This document shows, one piece after another, positions 27,253 through 36,760 of a stretch of 64,000 bases of DNA. The stretch spans positions 233,726 to 297,725 of IMG/VR virus record IMGVR_UViG_3300023278_002893. The stretch is one strand, 5' to 3'. The notes under the pieces were generated by a model that worked only from the letters and a program-made list of their open reading frames with translations, was not told the DNA's origin and did no database searches. Within the stretch, counting starts at the first letter, position 1. Each line of letters begins with the position of its first letter. Both the position numbers and the translations under genes were made by a program.

Positions 27253-27555
27253 GTGTATAAAGCTAAACTGACCTATTTCACCTTTCATGGTAAATACAAG
27301 CATGAGGGGGAAACCGAAGTCGATAGCAAGGTGGAAGGAGGCCGGGGAGATAAGCTCGTGTGTGAGATCTTCACCGAGATCGAGAAATTGATCTGGGAGA
27401 AGAAAACTCCTCCCGGACTCGTGAGTGGAGGCGACTGCGAGTATATCGTTCTCCTCGAACTGCCCGACCATCCGATGGGATACCCCGCAATGCTTGTACC
27501 TCCCTACATGAGGGAGTTCATGGGTGCGGTGTCAAAAATGAGAGCGGAGAGATAG
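27253..27555 (+). CDS. hypothetical protein
   Basis: AAGGAG RBS; ELPDHPMGYPAML. Confidence 0.7.
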   Translation: MYKAKLTYFTFHGKYKHEGETEVDSKVEGGRGDKLVCEIFTEIEKLIWEKKTPPGLVSGGDCEYIVLLELPDHPMGYPAMLVPPYMREFMGAVSKMRAER

Positions 27556-27713
27556 ATGGCACACATCAATCTATCGAGTTGTTCAGAAAGCACCTCGAAT
27601 TTTCCGACGCACTACAAGAAGCACTCCCTGAGTTGAAAGGTAAAATCCTGGTGTGTTACTGCAAGCCTCAGGACTGCCACGGGGACGTACTAGCCGAGTT
27701 TGCCGATAGATAA
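27552..27713 (+). pseudogene. 5'-truncated DUF4326-family gene
   Basis: Frame reads IDGTHQSIELFRKHL...LPELKGKILVCYCKPQDCHGDVLAEFADR*, with no start and no N-terminal GNPF part. Confidence 0.65.
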
Positions 27714-27736
27714 ACCAACAAGGAGCTGAGAATAAC

Positions 27737-28021
27737 ATGCCAGGAATGTTGGACAACTTGAAGATCACCGGAGATATGGGGCCTGAACGTGCGGCGGTGC
27801 TGAACCACAGCATCGTCCATGGATTCTCTTTCTTGGCCGCGCAAATTCTGGAGAAGGAATATCTCCAGATTGTGTGCTCTGGTGTGAGTGGGTTTTACAT
27901 CGGGTGTGAAGAACCCGACGGTGTGCATGTCATTCGTGACTCTCAGGAGTTTTGGGCCACCAAGTTCGGTGCGGAGCAGGCACTGAAAGCAAGAAGTTGG
28001 ACTCAACGCCTGAACCCGTAA
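27737..28021 (+). CDS. hypothetical protein
   Basis: AAGGAG upstream. Confidence 0.6.
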   Translation: MPGMLDNLKITGDMGPERAAVLNHSIVHGFSFLAAQILEKEYLQIVCSGVSGFYIGCEEPDGVHVIRDSQEFWATKFGAEQALKARSWTQRLNP

Positions 28022-28047
28022 GCGACCTACTGAATGAGGAAAATCAT

Positions 28048-28485
28048 ATGACTATCATCGAATTATTGGAGCGGCCTAAAGGAAGTTCCGAAGTGAATAC
28101 CCTTTCGATTACAGGAGTATCCTCTCTCGATCTGAACTTCTTGCTCGAACTGAGTGGGGGGATGGTGAGTGAAATCTATCGGTCTTCTAACCGTAATGGT
28201 CTGACAAGACAGATACTGCGTATGGAAGATACAATCTTTTGCCGCGAAAGTTCTCGTACCATCAAAATCAACAATATCCTGCTGTTGCGCACCGTGCTTC
28301 AAGGACATGTGAGGCATCGTCCCGACCTGAAGATCTTGGTCAAAAGGCTGGAAGGTGAGAATACCCATCTCAGTGAGATATGGATTCGCGAGTTGAATAC
28401 CCAATCAACTCTCGAAGAAGAGGTTGGCCAAATGACTGACGCCTTCTTCGAGGAGTATCTGCCCCAGGGAGAGTGTAGTGTCTAA
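28048..28485 (+). CDS. hypothetical protein
   Basis: GAGGA RBS before ATG 28048. Confidence 0.65.
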   Translation: MTIIELLERPKGSSEVNTLSITGVSSLDLNFLLELSGGMVSEIYRSSNRNGLTRQILRMEDTIFCRESSRTIKINNILLLRTVLQGHVRHRPDLKILVKRLEGENTHLSEIWIRELNTQSTLEEEVGQMTDAFFEEYLPQGECSV

Positions 28486-29170
28486 CGTTCCCGGTACTTT
28501 TGAGGAAGCCGCAAGGCGGGTGGCTGCAATGGAAGCCACCATGGCAGGACAACTTAATGCTTACGAAGACGAAACATCGACGGCGAGTATAAAAGCTGCC
28601 GTCATCGAGAGCATCGCAGAGCACGAAGAGCCTGACCAGACCCTCGGCGCCGTGGAAAACATGCCGAGGATGAATGCTATAAAGAAGCAGGAAGATGACT
28701 TCTTCCGGGAGATGGGGCTTCCTCAGCCGGAGGACATGCCTCTCGATCCCAAGGAGTGTGAGAAAGACGGGATGTGGTGGGGTGACATGACCGCAATGGT
28801 CTTGATGCCGCAAGCCCCGAAGCCTATCGAAGAGGGCTACGAATGTAGAGGCACCGTCTATGCCCATCACGATCTTAAGGCAGTGTATCAAGCCTTCAAG
28901 TTCGCGAACGCCACGGGCGAAGCTCAGATGGTGGGATTGGACAATGGCTCGTTCTTGATGTCCGCGGAACTTGGTACGCATCAGGATCAGTGGATCTTGA
29001 GAGATACGGTCAGGGAACGTACCTATGTACAACAAGACCTTCGATTGATACCCAGTGGTGTTGGAGAGGAGATCGATCGAGACGAGGATATCGTCGTATG
29101 GGTTCTCCCGTTCGATGATGAACTCGAAGGACTTGGGTATATCCACAACCAGTGGGTATTCACCAGGTAG
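28478..29170 (+). CDS. hypothetical acidic protein
   Basis: GGGAGAG RBS before GTG; overlaps the upstream stop. Confidence 0.7.
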   Translation: MSNVPGTFEEAARRVAAMEATMAGQLNAYEDETSTASIKAAVIESIAEHEEPDQTLGAVENMPRMNAIKKQEDDFFREMGLPQPEDMPLDPKECEKDGMWWGDMTAMVLMPQAPKPIEEGYECRGTVYAHHDLKAVYQAFKFANATGEAQMVGLDNGSFLMSAELGTHQDQWILRDTVRERTYVQQDLRLIPSGVGEEIDRDEDIVVWVLPFDDELEGLGYIHNQWVFTR

Positions 29171-29458
29171 AGTTGTTTCTGCACTTAGTGAGTTCCATGG
29201 TATCCCGAAGGTGTTTGTCCTCACCTTCCGCGTTCAAGCCGCGATCATTAGATGGGATACCAACAAGGTGGCGTACGCCGGGAGTGCCTGCATTCACTCC
29301 TGGGGTGCGCCACTAGTAGGAATATCTTTTTTTGTAAGTGTGCTGAAGATCGCGCTTATAGTTCATGCAATTCGTTCGATGATTTACACTCTGTACCATC
29401 AAGTAGTGCTAACTAGTGAGTTTGCGCGTACCTGATTGGTCTTTACTGAGGTGCCAAC

Positions 29459-30028
29459 ATGTCAGATCCATTCGATCTAGTTGTACCAAGACGTCGTGAG
29501 GTAGCTCTGAATACCTTCCAACAAGCCTCAGAGAAGATCGCAAAACAAGAAAGATATCTTGCAAGAACCATCGCTGCGGTGCCTCCCAAGGAGCATCCAG
29601 ACCTCATCGTAGGTCATGAGTACGATCAACTAGAACCCGAATCAGAAGAGAAGTCGGAACAAGACCATCTCGATGCTGATCGATTCGCCACTACTCAACT
29701 GATCGGTCTGCGCTATCTGCAAACTCACGAGGAGCGGGTGCGGGCGGCGTATGCTATTGCCAGGCGCGAACGTAATGTTGATGAGTCCGCGGTGACTATG
29801 TTGGTAAGCGATGCCGAAGCGTTCATCAAAGAGCAGAAGATCAAGACTCGGTATTGGTGGGGAGTATCTCTAATCACGTTCTTCTTCTTCGCCGATGGAG
29901 TTAGTGAGGGTCGTGGCTTCGGTACAGCCCTTGGTTCTTCCTTGCTGGCATTTATCTCTGTCCTCCTGATATCCTGGGTGGCAGGTAATGTCTGGAGGAT
30001 GGGGGAATCATCAGGACGAGCGGTGTAG
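29459..30028 (+). CDS. membrane protein (two C-terminal TM helices)
   Basis: GAGGT RBS; YWWGVSLITFFFFA and LGSSLLAFISVLLISWVAG. Confidence 0.7.
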   Translation: MSDPFDLVVPRRREVALNTFQQASEKIAKQERYLARTIAAVPPKEHPDLIVGHEYDQLEPESEEKSEQDHLDADRFATTQLIGLRYLQTHEERVRAAYAIARRERNVDESAVTMLVSDAEAFIKEQKIKTRYWWGVSLITFFFFADGVSEGRGFGTALGSSLLAFISVLLISWVAGNVWRMGESSGRAV

Positions 30029-30133
30029 AAAGGAGCAGTAAGAGGAGGTAGACGCACAGGCCAGTTCGAAATCGAAGAACAAGCGAAATGTATCGCTGAC
30101 GCGCATCATAAAGAATAAGGAGCGAGGAAATCA

Positions 30134-30988
30134 TTGACACGGGATGTTGACGAGCAGGTTGTAGAAATGAGAACGGTTGGGACGGTAGATTACGTCGATG
30201 AGATCGCTATAAGAATCGTAAAGACATACGCCACTGCCCGTTTCATCCGCGACCGCTTGATGTTTAGAGTATCTTGGACAGAGGAGGACATAGCCCAGGA
30301 AATGATCTTGGGTCTCATGGCGCAAGCCGAAACGGGACACCTACCGGCTATGCTAGGTAAGACCACTCTTGAGAGAAGGTGGATTGATGCCTTCAGAAAG
30401 CTCACTACCGATTTAGAATACCGCCGGGATGGCAACACCAAGCACGACAGGGCAGTTAGAGCAGGAGACGCCCGGCGATATAGTCGAAGCGACTTGGACG
30501 TGATAAGTCCTCAAAAGTTTGATGTCGAGAAAAGCGACAGGCGTGAAACTGCAAACAGGGGGGTGAGTGTTTTGGAATTGCTAGAAGAACAAGAAATACC
30601 CCAGACTCCCGCTGAAGAATTGCGAAAGATGTATGAAGAGGCAGGTGGATGGACGAGAGCATTCCATGATAGCCTGGATATCATCCTCGCGAAGAAGATA
30701 CATGTTGCTGCTCTTAAGCTAGCCAAGGTAAGAAGTACTACGGAAAGAGCAGTTGATGCGGTATTCGAGTGGATCAAGAATCATCCGGGAGAAAATCCCA
30801 CCAGTGAATGGTTGGGTTACGAACTCAACCTTTCGCGTGAAACAGTTATCCGGAGGTTTGCCCGTCTACGTAAGGGAGAAAAGATTACACGCGAACTCGT
30901 CGAAGATAGAGAAAGCCAAACTGAGGATAACGGTCGGGTTCGTGGTCAGTATCGTTATTTTCCCGCCGAAGAAAAACAGGAGAGGTAA
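30134..30988 (+). CDS. divergent sigma70/ECF-like factor or HTH regulator
   Basis: EEDIAQEMILGL...RRWIDAFRK resembles ECF region 2; PTSEWLGYELNLSRETVIRRFARLRK resembles the region-4 HTH. Confidence 0.55.
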   Translation: MTRDVDEQVVEMRTVGTVDYVDEIAIRIVKTYATARFIRDRLMFRVSWTEEDIAQEMILGLMAQAETGHLPAMLGKTTLERRWIDAFRKLTTDLEYRRDGNTKHDRAVRAGDARRYSRSDLDVISPQKFDVEKSDRRETANRGVSVLELLEEQEIPQTPAEELRKMYEEAGGWTRAFHDSLDIILAKKIHVAALKLAKVRSTTERAVDAVFEWIKNHPGENPTSEWLGYELNLSRETVIRRFARLRKGEKITRELVEDRESQTEDNGRVRGQYRYFPAEEKQER

Positions 30989-31044
30989 TTAGTACCCAGC
31001 TAGTTGGGCCCCTTCCCCGTAAAAGAAGAAAGGAATGCCGTAAG

Positions 31045-31284
31045 ATGCGGAAGATCATAAGAGTAGGGTTGTTGCTTCTGGTTGTGCTGTCATCTACAGC
31101 CCAGAAGTGCGACGATGGAATGTCGGGAGAGTCCCGCCAAGGTAATGCTGTAGGGGTGAAAGATCACTACAAGCAGATAGATAGACCGGTAAGTGCTGTC
31201 CCTGAGCCCTCAGCTTGGATAATGTTTCTGGCCGGGGGAATCATCATCTACAAGTCAGTTGGGAAAAACAAGAAGAAGGAGTAG
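31045..31284 (+). CDS. minimal PEP-CTERM protein
   Basis: Signal-like N-terminus; AVPEPSAWIMFLAGGIIIY-KSVGKNKKKE. Confidence 0.75.
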   Translation: MRKIIRVGLLLLVVLSSTAQKCDDGMSGESRQGNAVGVKDHYKQIDRPVSAVPEPSAWIMFLAGGIIIYKSVGKNKKKE

Positions 31285-31357
31285 CTATGTCCTACTGTGT
31301 AGTAGGTGAAGAATTTCAGTAACAACTTCGCATTGATGACCATCGCGATCGGGGTTA

Positions 31358-31663
31358 TTGCCGCAGCGCAGATGGTCAGCTGTATGCGAGGGAATTGATA
31401 TGCCGGATCCAAAATCCGAAAGTGAGAAGAAACCCTTCAGAGTAGGTGATGTGTGTGAGTACGTGGGCAGTGATGGCCACTGGAGCAAACGTCACATTAT
31501 CGAAGAGTGCAAGGTTCGCGGCCCCGAATTCTTTGAGTATTGCACCTCGCAGGGTGCGTGGATTCCCCACGAGTGCTTGAAACTCACTGAGGAATCCTCG
31601 GTGGAATCCAGAGCAGAGCTTTGGAGATTGATGGTAGAAGAGTGTGAGGAACTTTCTGAGTGA
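31358..31663 (+). CDS. hypothetical protein
   Basis: KPFRVGDVCEY SH3-like start; true start may be ATG 31400. Confidence 0.55.
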   Translation: MPQRRWSAVCEGIDMPDPKSESEKKPFRVGDVCEYVGSDGHWSKRHIIEECKVRGPEFFEYCTSQGAWIPHECLKLTEESSVESRAELWRLMVEECEELSE

Positions 31664-31673
31664 GAGGAGTACC

Positions 31674-32246
31674 ATGAAAGAAATATTCGGGAATCTGTTC
31701 AAATGTGTGAAAGCCGAAGCCATCTGTATTACCACCAATGGATACGTGAAGAAGAACGGTGGTGTGGTAATGGGACGAGGATGTGCGTTGGAAGCAACCA
31801 AGCGTTGGCCCGGGGTTGAGGATCTGGTAGCACACAGCCTGAGTGGGGGTAAGAACGTCCCGACCCTGCTTACCCTGCCGCAGGAGGAGAATCCAAATAT
31901 CACTCTCCTGCCCACGCCAATGGCCAATTACATCGTTCCGTATCACGTCGTGACCTTCCCTGTGAAGCCAATCAGATGTGGTGGAGACCAGTTGTTGCCC
32001 CGTTTTCAGAACGACAACACCAGCAGGACCTCGGTTCATCCAGGGTGGATGAGCCAAGCCAAACCCTCCCTCATCCAGCACTCTGCGAAGCTCCTGGTTG
32101 AGCTGACAGACAAGCATGGGTGGAGTAGTGTCATCATACCCAAGCCGGGATGCGGAGCTGGTGGCCTCGATTGGAAGGATGTCAAGCCTTTGATAGCCGA
32201 CATTCTGGATGACAGGTTCTATCTGATCACTTTTCCAAAGAGGTAA
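31674..32246 (+). CDS. macrodomain (ADP-ribose processing, DarG/Poa1p-like)
   Basis: AICITTNG...MGRGCALEA...VVTFPVK...IPKPGCGAGGLDWKDVKPLI. Confidence 0.85.
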   Translation: MKEIFGNLFKCVKAEAICITTNGYVKKNGGVVMGRGCALEATKRWPGVEDLVAHSLSGGKNVPTLLTLPQEENPNITLLPTPMANYIVPYHVVTFPVKPIRCGGDQLLPRFQNDNTSRTSVHPGWMSQAKPSLIQHSAKLLVELTDKHGWSSVIIPKPGCGAGGLDWKDVKPLIADILDDRFYLITFPKR

Positions 32247-32342
32247 GTAGCAGGCGAGGGAAAATAAGACACACACCCCAGTTAGTAGCCACATAGGATA
32301 CGTGGTCTCAGGAGAGCCCACGTTCTACGAATAGGAGAGGTA

Positions 32343-33569
32343 ATGCCCCAGGTAAAGCTGAACTCAGAACAGAAAGCCGCGCTGGATATCGCGCTCAATA
32401 CCCGTGATCATCTGTTCATCACGGGAGGGCCAGGTACTGGTAAGTCTGTCTTGATGGAGCAAATCATCAGAGGTCTCCGGCGGCAGGGAAAGAGGGTGCG
32501 AGTAGCCGGTCCGACTGGGTTGGCGGCTCTTGCTCTGCGTGGTACTACTCTTGCCCGTTTGTTGGGCACTGGTATTGCTAAGAACACTTCGGAACTGGGT
32601 AGGATGGATATTTCTCGGGCCGAAGAAAATCTACATAAGGTCACTGATCTTATCGTAGATGAGATCAGCATGGTGTCCGGAGACTATCTGAACGTGATGG
32701 ATACCGTAATGAGAGAAGCCACTGGTGAGAAGGAACCCTTCGGAGGAATTCGAATCATCCTCTGCGGTGACTTCCTTCAGCTGCCTCCAGTACATCGACG
32801 TACCGAGCCTGATCCTGAATGGAGATGGGCATTCCAACATCCACTCTTTGCACTGACCAAGAAGATCTCTCTGGTCAAGTCAATGAGACAAGCAGACCCG
32901 CTGGACATCAAGATACTCACCGAGTTGCGTCATGGTATCATCTCCCCTCAGGGCGCTGATGTAATGGCAGACATGGTGGGGCGGCAGCTCAAACTCCCGA
33001 CCGAACTCTATCCCATCAACAAGACAGTGCATGAGATCAACGCCGAGCGATTGGCAGCACTGAAAGGGAAAGAGAAGGTGTATCGAACAGGGTATTCGCC
33101 TGGGAAATACAAGAACGTATTCGTAGATCAGGTTCCCATTGGAGAGAGGGTTGTTCTCAAGGTGGGTGTTCCGGTGATTATTCTAGCGAATAACCCCGCC
33201 CAGAGATACGCCAATGGTTCCCAAGGTGTTGTTGTTTCGATGGATTTTGATCGAGTTCGGGTGAAGCTTTCTGCTAACCGGATGGTCTCGGTTGAGAAGA
33301 AGGTATGGGAAATCACCGATGCGCGAGGTAATCGCATGGGTGAGGTGGAAGGTCTTCCGGTCCATCTCGGATGGGCTGCTACCATTCATCGTGCTCAGGG
33401 TATGACTTTGAACGAGGTGAAGACAGATATATCCAAGTGCTTTGAACCAGGTCAGGCATGTGTTGGTATGTCCAGGACGAGAAGTCTCAGCAACATCTCT
33501 CTCACCGCGCCGGTAACAGAGTTTCAAGTAGATTCAGATGCACTCAAGTTCATGATGAGCATGACATAA
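32343..33569 (+). CDS. PIF1-family SF1B DNA helicase
   Basis: FITGGPGTGKS, LIVDEISMV, FGGIRIILCGDFLQLPPV, MRQ, NGSQG, LGWAATIHRAQGMTL, VGMSRTR. Confidence 0.95.
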   Translation: MPQVKLNSEQKAALDIALNTRDHLFITGGPGTGKSVLMEQIIRGLRRQGKRVRVAGPTGLAALALRGTTLARLLGTGIAKNTSELGRMDISRAEENLHKVTDLIVDEISMVSGDYLNVMDTVMREATGEKEPFGGIRIILCGDFLQLPPVHRRTEPDPEWRWAFQHPLFALTKKISLVKSMRQADPLDIKILTELRHGIISPQGADVMADMVGRQLKLPTELYPINKTVHEINAERLAALKGKEKVYRTGYSPGKYKNVFVDQVPIGERVVLKVGVPVIILANNPAQRYANGSQGVVVSMDFDRVRVKLSANRMVSVEKKVWEITDARGNRMGEVEGLPVHLGWAATIHRAQGMTLNEVKTDISKCFEPGQACVGMSRTRSLSNISLTAPVTEFQVDSDALKFMMSMT

Positions 33570-33578
33570 AGGAGAACC

Positions 33579-33965
33579 ATGAGTATGAAAAGAAATGAAG
33601 GTATTGAGTTCCTGATCGCGCGCGGGCAGACTCGGGAAAATGCCGAGACCTTCATCGACAGCAAGGACATTCAGACCAAGGGTCTCCAACTCCCTCCCGA
33701 ATCAGCCATGGAGGTCATGACGGAACTTACCAAGATGGGCCTACTCGTAGGGCCGGTTCGTTTCTACGTGAAGATCCCCGTCGAACACGAACGTGCCCTG
33801 TTGGGCGCACTCGAAGCCGTCTCGGATGGACCTGTCGCAACCGAGGGTACATTCGATGTAGCGAACATCGGAGAGAATCCGATCGGTGATGAAGCGGCCA
33901 GGCTTGCGGCGGGTTATTCCGGTGATGCCGGATTGGCCGGACTTGACAAGTCGAAGGTGCATTAG
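33579..33965 (+). CDS. hypothetical protein
   Basis: AAGGAG RBS. Confidence 0.7.
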   Translation: MSMKRNEGIEFLIARGQTRENAETFIDSKDIQTKGLQLPPESAMEVMTELTKMGLLVGPVRFYVKIPVEHERALLGALEAVSDGPVATEGTFDVANIGENPIGDEAARLAAGYSGDAGLAGLDKSKVH

Positions 33966-33967
33966 CC

Positions 33968-34633
33968 ATGAGTGTGGTGATGAGACTACTAATCTATGTG
34001 TTCATCGCCATCGGTTTCATTATGAGGTTTCTACCGAAGCGACGAGGTAGAAGAAGGATACCCCAACCCCCTATGTTCGTCGCGGCGAGACATAGATCAA
34101 CACCGCTTCGGCCTATGCGAGTGCCATGGACTGGTTCGACTGCTACGCGAAGATCAGTAGGATACTGCGAACAGACGGATTGCGAAAACTATGCGAAGGG
34201 AGTATTCCTTCTCAACCACGGCCAGCACTTCTACTGCCCTCGATGTCGAGAACCGGGGCGCATGGTGAGGGAGAGGGGTCACTATGAAGGCAGCTCCAAC
34301 GTCTTCAAGGAAGTGCGCTGCGAGTTCAACTACGACCCACTGAATGACAAGTATCGGGAGATTGGAATCGTACGCGACGACAGCCTTTGGGGAGACCACA
34401 ACGTCTATACGTTGCAATCGCCCCTCATCAAGACCGAGAAGCGGGCGCTCAAAGTGGCCGAGGCGATCCTCGCCAACCTCAACCGAGGGGGCGGGGTTGT
34501 ACAGGGAGAAGTACCTCATACCAATGAAGTAATCCTCTCCTTCGACGATTCACCAGAAGATTTCTCTCGTAAGCTCGCTGTGTTGGCGAAAGAATGGGAG
34601 AACAGTTCAATATCACAAGGAAGAAGAGCATGA
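33968..34633 (+). CDS. membrane-anchored Zn-binding protein, paralog of 46438..47196
   Basis: VGYCEQTDC...KGVFL...CPRC...ERG; KTEKRALKVAE; ILSFD. Confidence 0.75.
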   Translation: MSVVMRLLIYVFIAIGFIMRFLPKRRGRRRIPQPPMFVAARHRSTPLRPMRVPWTGSTATRRSVGYCEQTDCENYAKGVFLLNHGQHFYCPRCREPGRMVRERGHYEGSSNVFKEVRCEFNYDPLNDKYREIGIVRDDSLWGDHNVYTLQSPLIKTEKRALKVAEAILANLNRGGGVVQGEVPHTNEVILSFDDSPEDFSRKLAVLAKEWENSSISQGRRA

Positions 34634-34842
34634 GTTTGGTGACCCGTGCCCTGATCTTTGCTGCCGCTCACCACGAGGAGCAGAGGGATCGGGGAGGCAA
34701 TCCCTACATCTGGCATCCAATCCGCGTCGCCCTCTTTCTCCAAAAGAAAGGATATGTAGAGACCTATCAAGCTGTGGCTCTCCTTAGAACTATTCGATCA
34801 GCATCAGAGGATGCGATTGGAAAACAGGTGGCTCCATCGTAG
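34630..34842 (+). pseudogene. truncated RelA/SpoT-type HD hydrolase (Mesh1/SAH-like)
   Basis: RALIFAAAHHEEQRDRGGNPYIWHPIRVA matches the HD_4 N-terminus, but the HDxxED motif is absent after AVALL. Confidence 0.65.
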
Positions 34843-35087
34843 CCAAAAGAGTCTGGCACGTCGAGTAGAAACACTACGCAGCAAAAGCAAACTAAAGCTG
34901 CGCAATCGCGCTACTCGTTGCAGGGCAATCTTCTATAGAAGGAAAAAGAATGGACATCGCCCGAGGTAGAGCATTCGCCTTTGGCCGACGGATGTACCAC
35001 GAGGAGAATACACCATGAGACTTATAGCCGCCTCCTACTCAAGCCTGTATGCTCCTCATCCACAAACTATAACCGAAGGATCGAAAG

Positions 35088-35279
35088 ATGAAAGAGGGAG
35101 ACAAGGTATGGTATTCCATACCGGGCGATGAACCAAGGCAGTGGTCGATCACGAAGATTTGGGATACGAACACCGCAGATGGAATGATTGCCTGCCTCTC
35201 AAGGACGGACAAAAGCAAGAGACTCAAAACAGATAGGTGCAATGCGCCATTAGGAGATATCAGTGTCGAAACGAATTGA
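35088..35279 (+). CDS. small SH3-like hypothetical protein
   Basis: MKEGDKVWY; AAGGA RBS. Confidence 0.55.
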   Translation: MKEGDKVWYSIPGDEPRQWSITKIWDTNTADGMIACLSRTDKSKRLKTDRCNAPLGDISVETN

Positions 35280-35424
35280 GAGAGTTGAGTTATCCAACGG
35301 GTGGTACTTCCTCGTGAAAGAGGAACTCCAGAGTAATCAAGTAAGATAATCCTACTAGAATCTCAAAAAAGAAGTGCTGCTGGGTAGTTTCGCGCGTCGG
35401 TAGCCATTCATTAGGAGGTGTCCT

Positions 35425-35868
35425 ATGATGTTCGTAAATGTCTATAACCAAGACCAGGCATGCGAGTTGGAACCTATCGAAGGCACCGCCATGGTATCCA
35501 TCACCTCACCAGGACAACCTGCCCCCTTGAAGGAGGGTTGGGACCCTCTCCTCCGGGTTGAGTTTCACGATATCGTGATACCCAGAGCTGAGATGCCTGT
35601 GCTAGTAGATCCCATCTCTGGTGGGGTTGTCCTCTTCGATGAAGAAATTGCTGAACAAATCGATGCCTTCTGTTGGAAGCACAAAAGGTTGAACTTCATC
35701 ATACATTGTGCAGCTGGTCAGAGTAGATCAGTAGCTGTTGCTATGTTCCTGAAAGATATTTACAAAGCAGAGGTTATACTCCACGCTGTGAAGACTACCG
35801 CGGGCGCCAATGCGCTAGTCCATCGCACACTGATGAGGAAATACTGGGAGGAAAGACTAACGACATGA
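35425..35868 (+). CDS. protein-tyrosine/dual-specificity phosphatase-like protein
   Basis: IIHCAAGQSRSVAVA (CX5R); MVSITSP...LRVEFHDI. Confidence 0.85.
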   Translation: MMFVNVYNQDQACELEPIEGTAMVSITSPGQPAPLKEGWDPLLRVEFHDIVIPRAEMPVLVDPISGGVVLFDEEIAEQIDAFCWKHKRLNFIIHCAAGQSRSVAVAMFLKDIYKAEVILHAVKTTAGANALVHRTLMRKYWEERLTT

Positions 35869-36251
35869 GAACACAACAAGTGCGACAAAATGCCACCAAT
35901 AACACGGTAAATATACAGGTTATCTCCCTAGATGAGCTAGATCCGGAGCTGATTGCGGTAGATGATCAACTGAACATTCTCATGGTTAATGATCGCGGGC
36001 AACTTGATTGGGAGACAATCGGGATCATGTTTGGTCCCATGGAGGAAGGAGAGATGATTATCCTCGCCGATCGTGATCTGAATTGGCCCAGATTACTTCC
36101 GCGGATCAACACGACCCTTACTCCCAACATCGTAGCTCGACGGCTGAGGGAGGCAAAAGTAGCTTTCGAAATTGAGGAGGGTTGGGACACTTTCAATCTG
36201 AGCCATCCAGAGGGCGCCATTGTAAATCTCTGGAAAAGCCGCAATCCATAA
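35865..36251 (+). CDS. hypothetical protein
   Basis: ATGA overlap with the phosphatase gene. Confidence 0.65.
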   Translation: MRTQQVRQNATNNTVNIQVISLDELDPELIAVDDQLNILMVNDRGQLDWETIGIMFGPMEEGEMIILADRDLNWPRLLPRINTTLTPNIVARRLREAKVAFEIEEGWDTFNLSHPEGAIVNLWKSRNP

Positions 36252-36267
36252 GAATAGGGGTATTATT

Positions 36268-36690
36268 TTGTCAGCTCGACGCGACGCCACCAGAGCGAAA
36301 TGGTACAAGAGAGATCGAATCCTCAACACCCGGGAGCATGTAACCAAGAAGGGACGTATCGCCTGCTTGAGGTGTGAGAAGAAGTTCAACTCCGAGCATA
36401 CGACTAACATTCGCCTCTGTCCAAGATGCAAGGGAAGTGATGATTGGGAAGGAAGTGATGCCTCCCATGCCCAGTTTGGAAGCACCAAATACGAAGGGTT
36501 CAAAATCCCCACTGACGCCGAGCACGCTAAGAAGTTGGGAGTGGAGGCACCGAAAAAGCCGGGTCTTGGAAGAGCAACCCGCAGCTTTCAATTGAAAGCG
36601 TCTAAAGCCCGAGCAGAGCTGAACGATAGGGAGAACTTCTGTCGAGAACAGGCGGGGCTGGATCAGATTTCGATGGATCCTTACGAGTAG
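36268..36690 (+). CDS. Zn-ribbon protein
   Basis: RIACLRCEKKFNSE...NIRLCPRCK. Confidence 0.65.
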   Translation: MSARRDATRAKWYKRDRILNTREHVTKKGRIACLRCEKKFNSEHTTNIRLCPRCKGSDDWEGSDASHAQFGSTKYEGFKIPTDAEHAKKLGVEAPKKPGLGRATRSFQLKASKARAELNDRENFCREQAGLDQISMDPYE

Positions 36691-36760
36691 CCAGGGTAGG
36701 GGGGTTTTTCCTTTGTGAAGGGTGGATTTTAGTTTTTCATCTGAAAAAGGAATCCCTATT

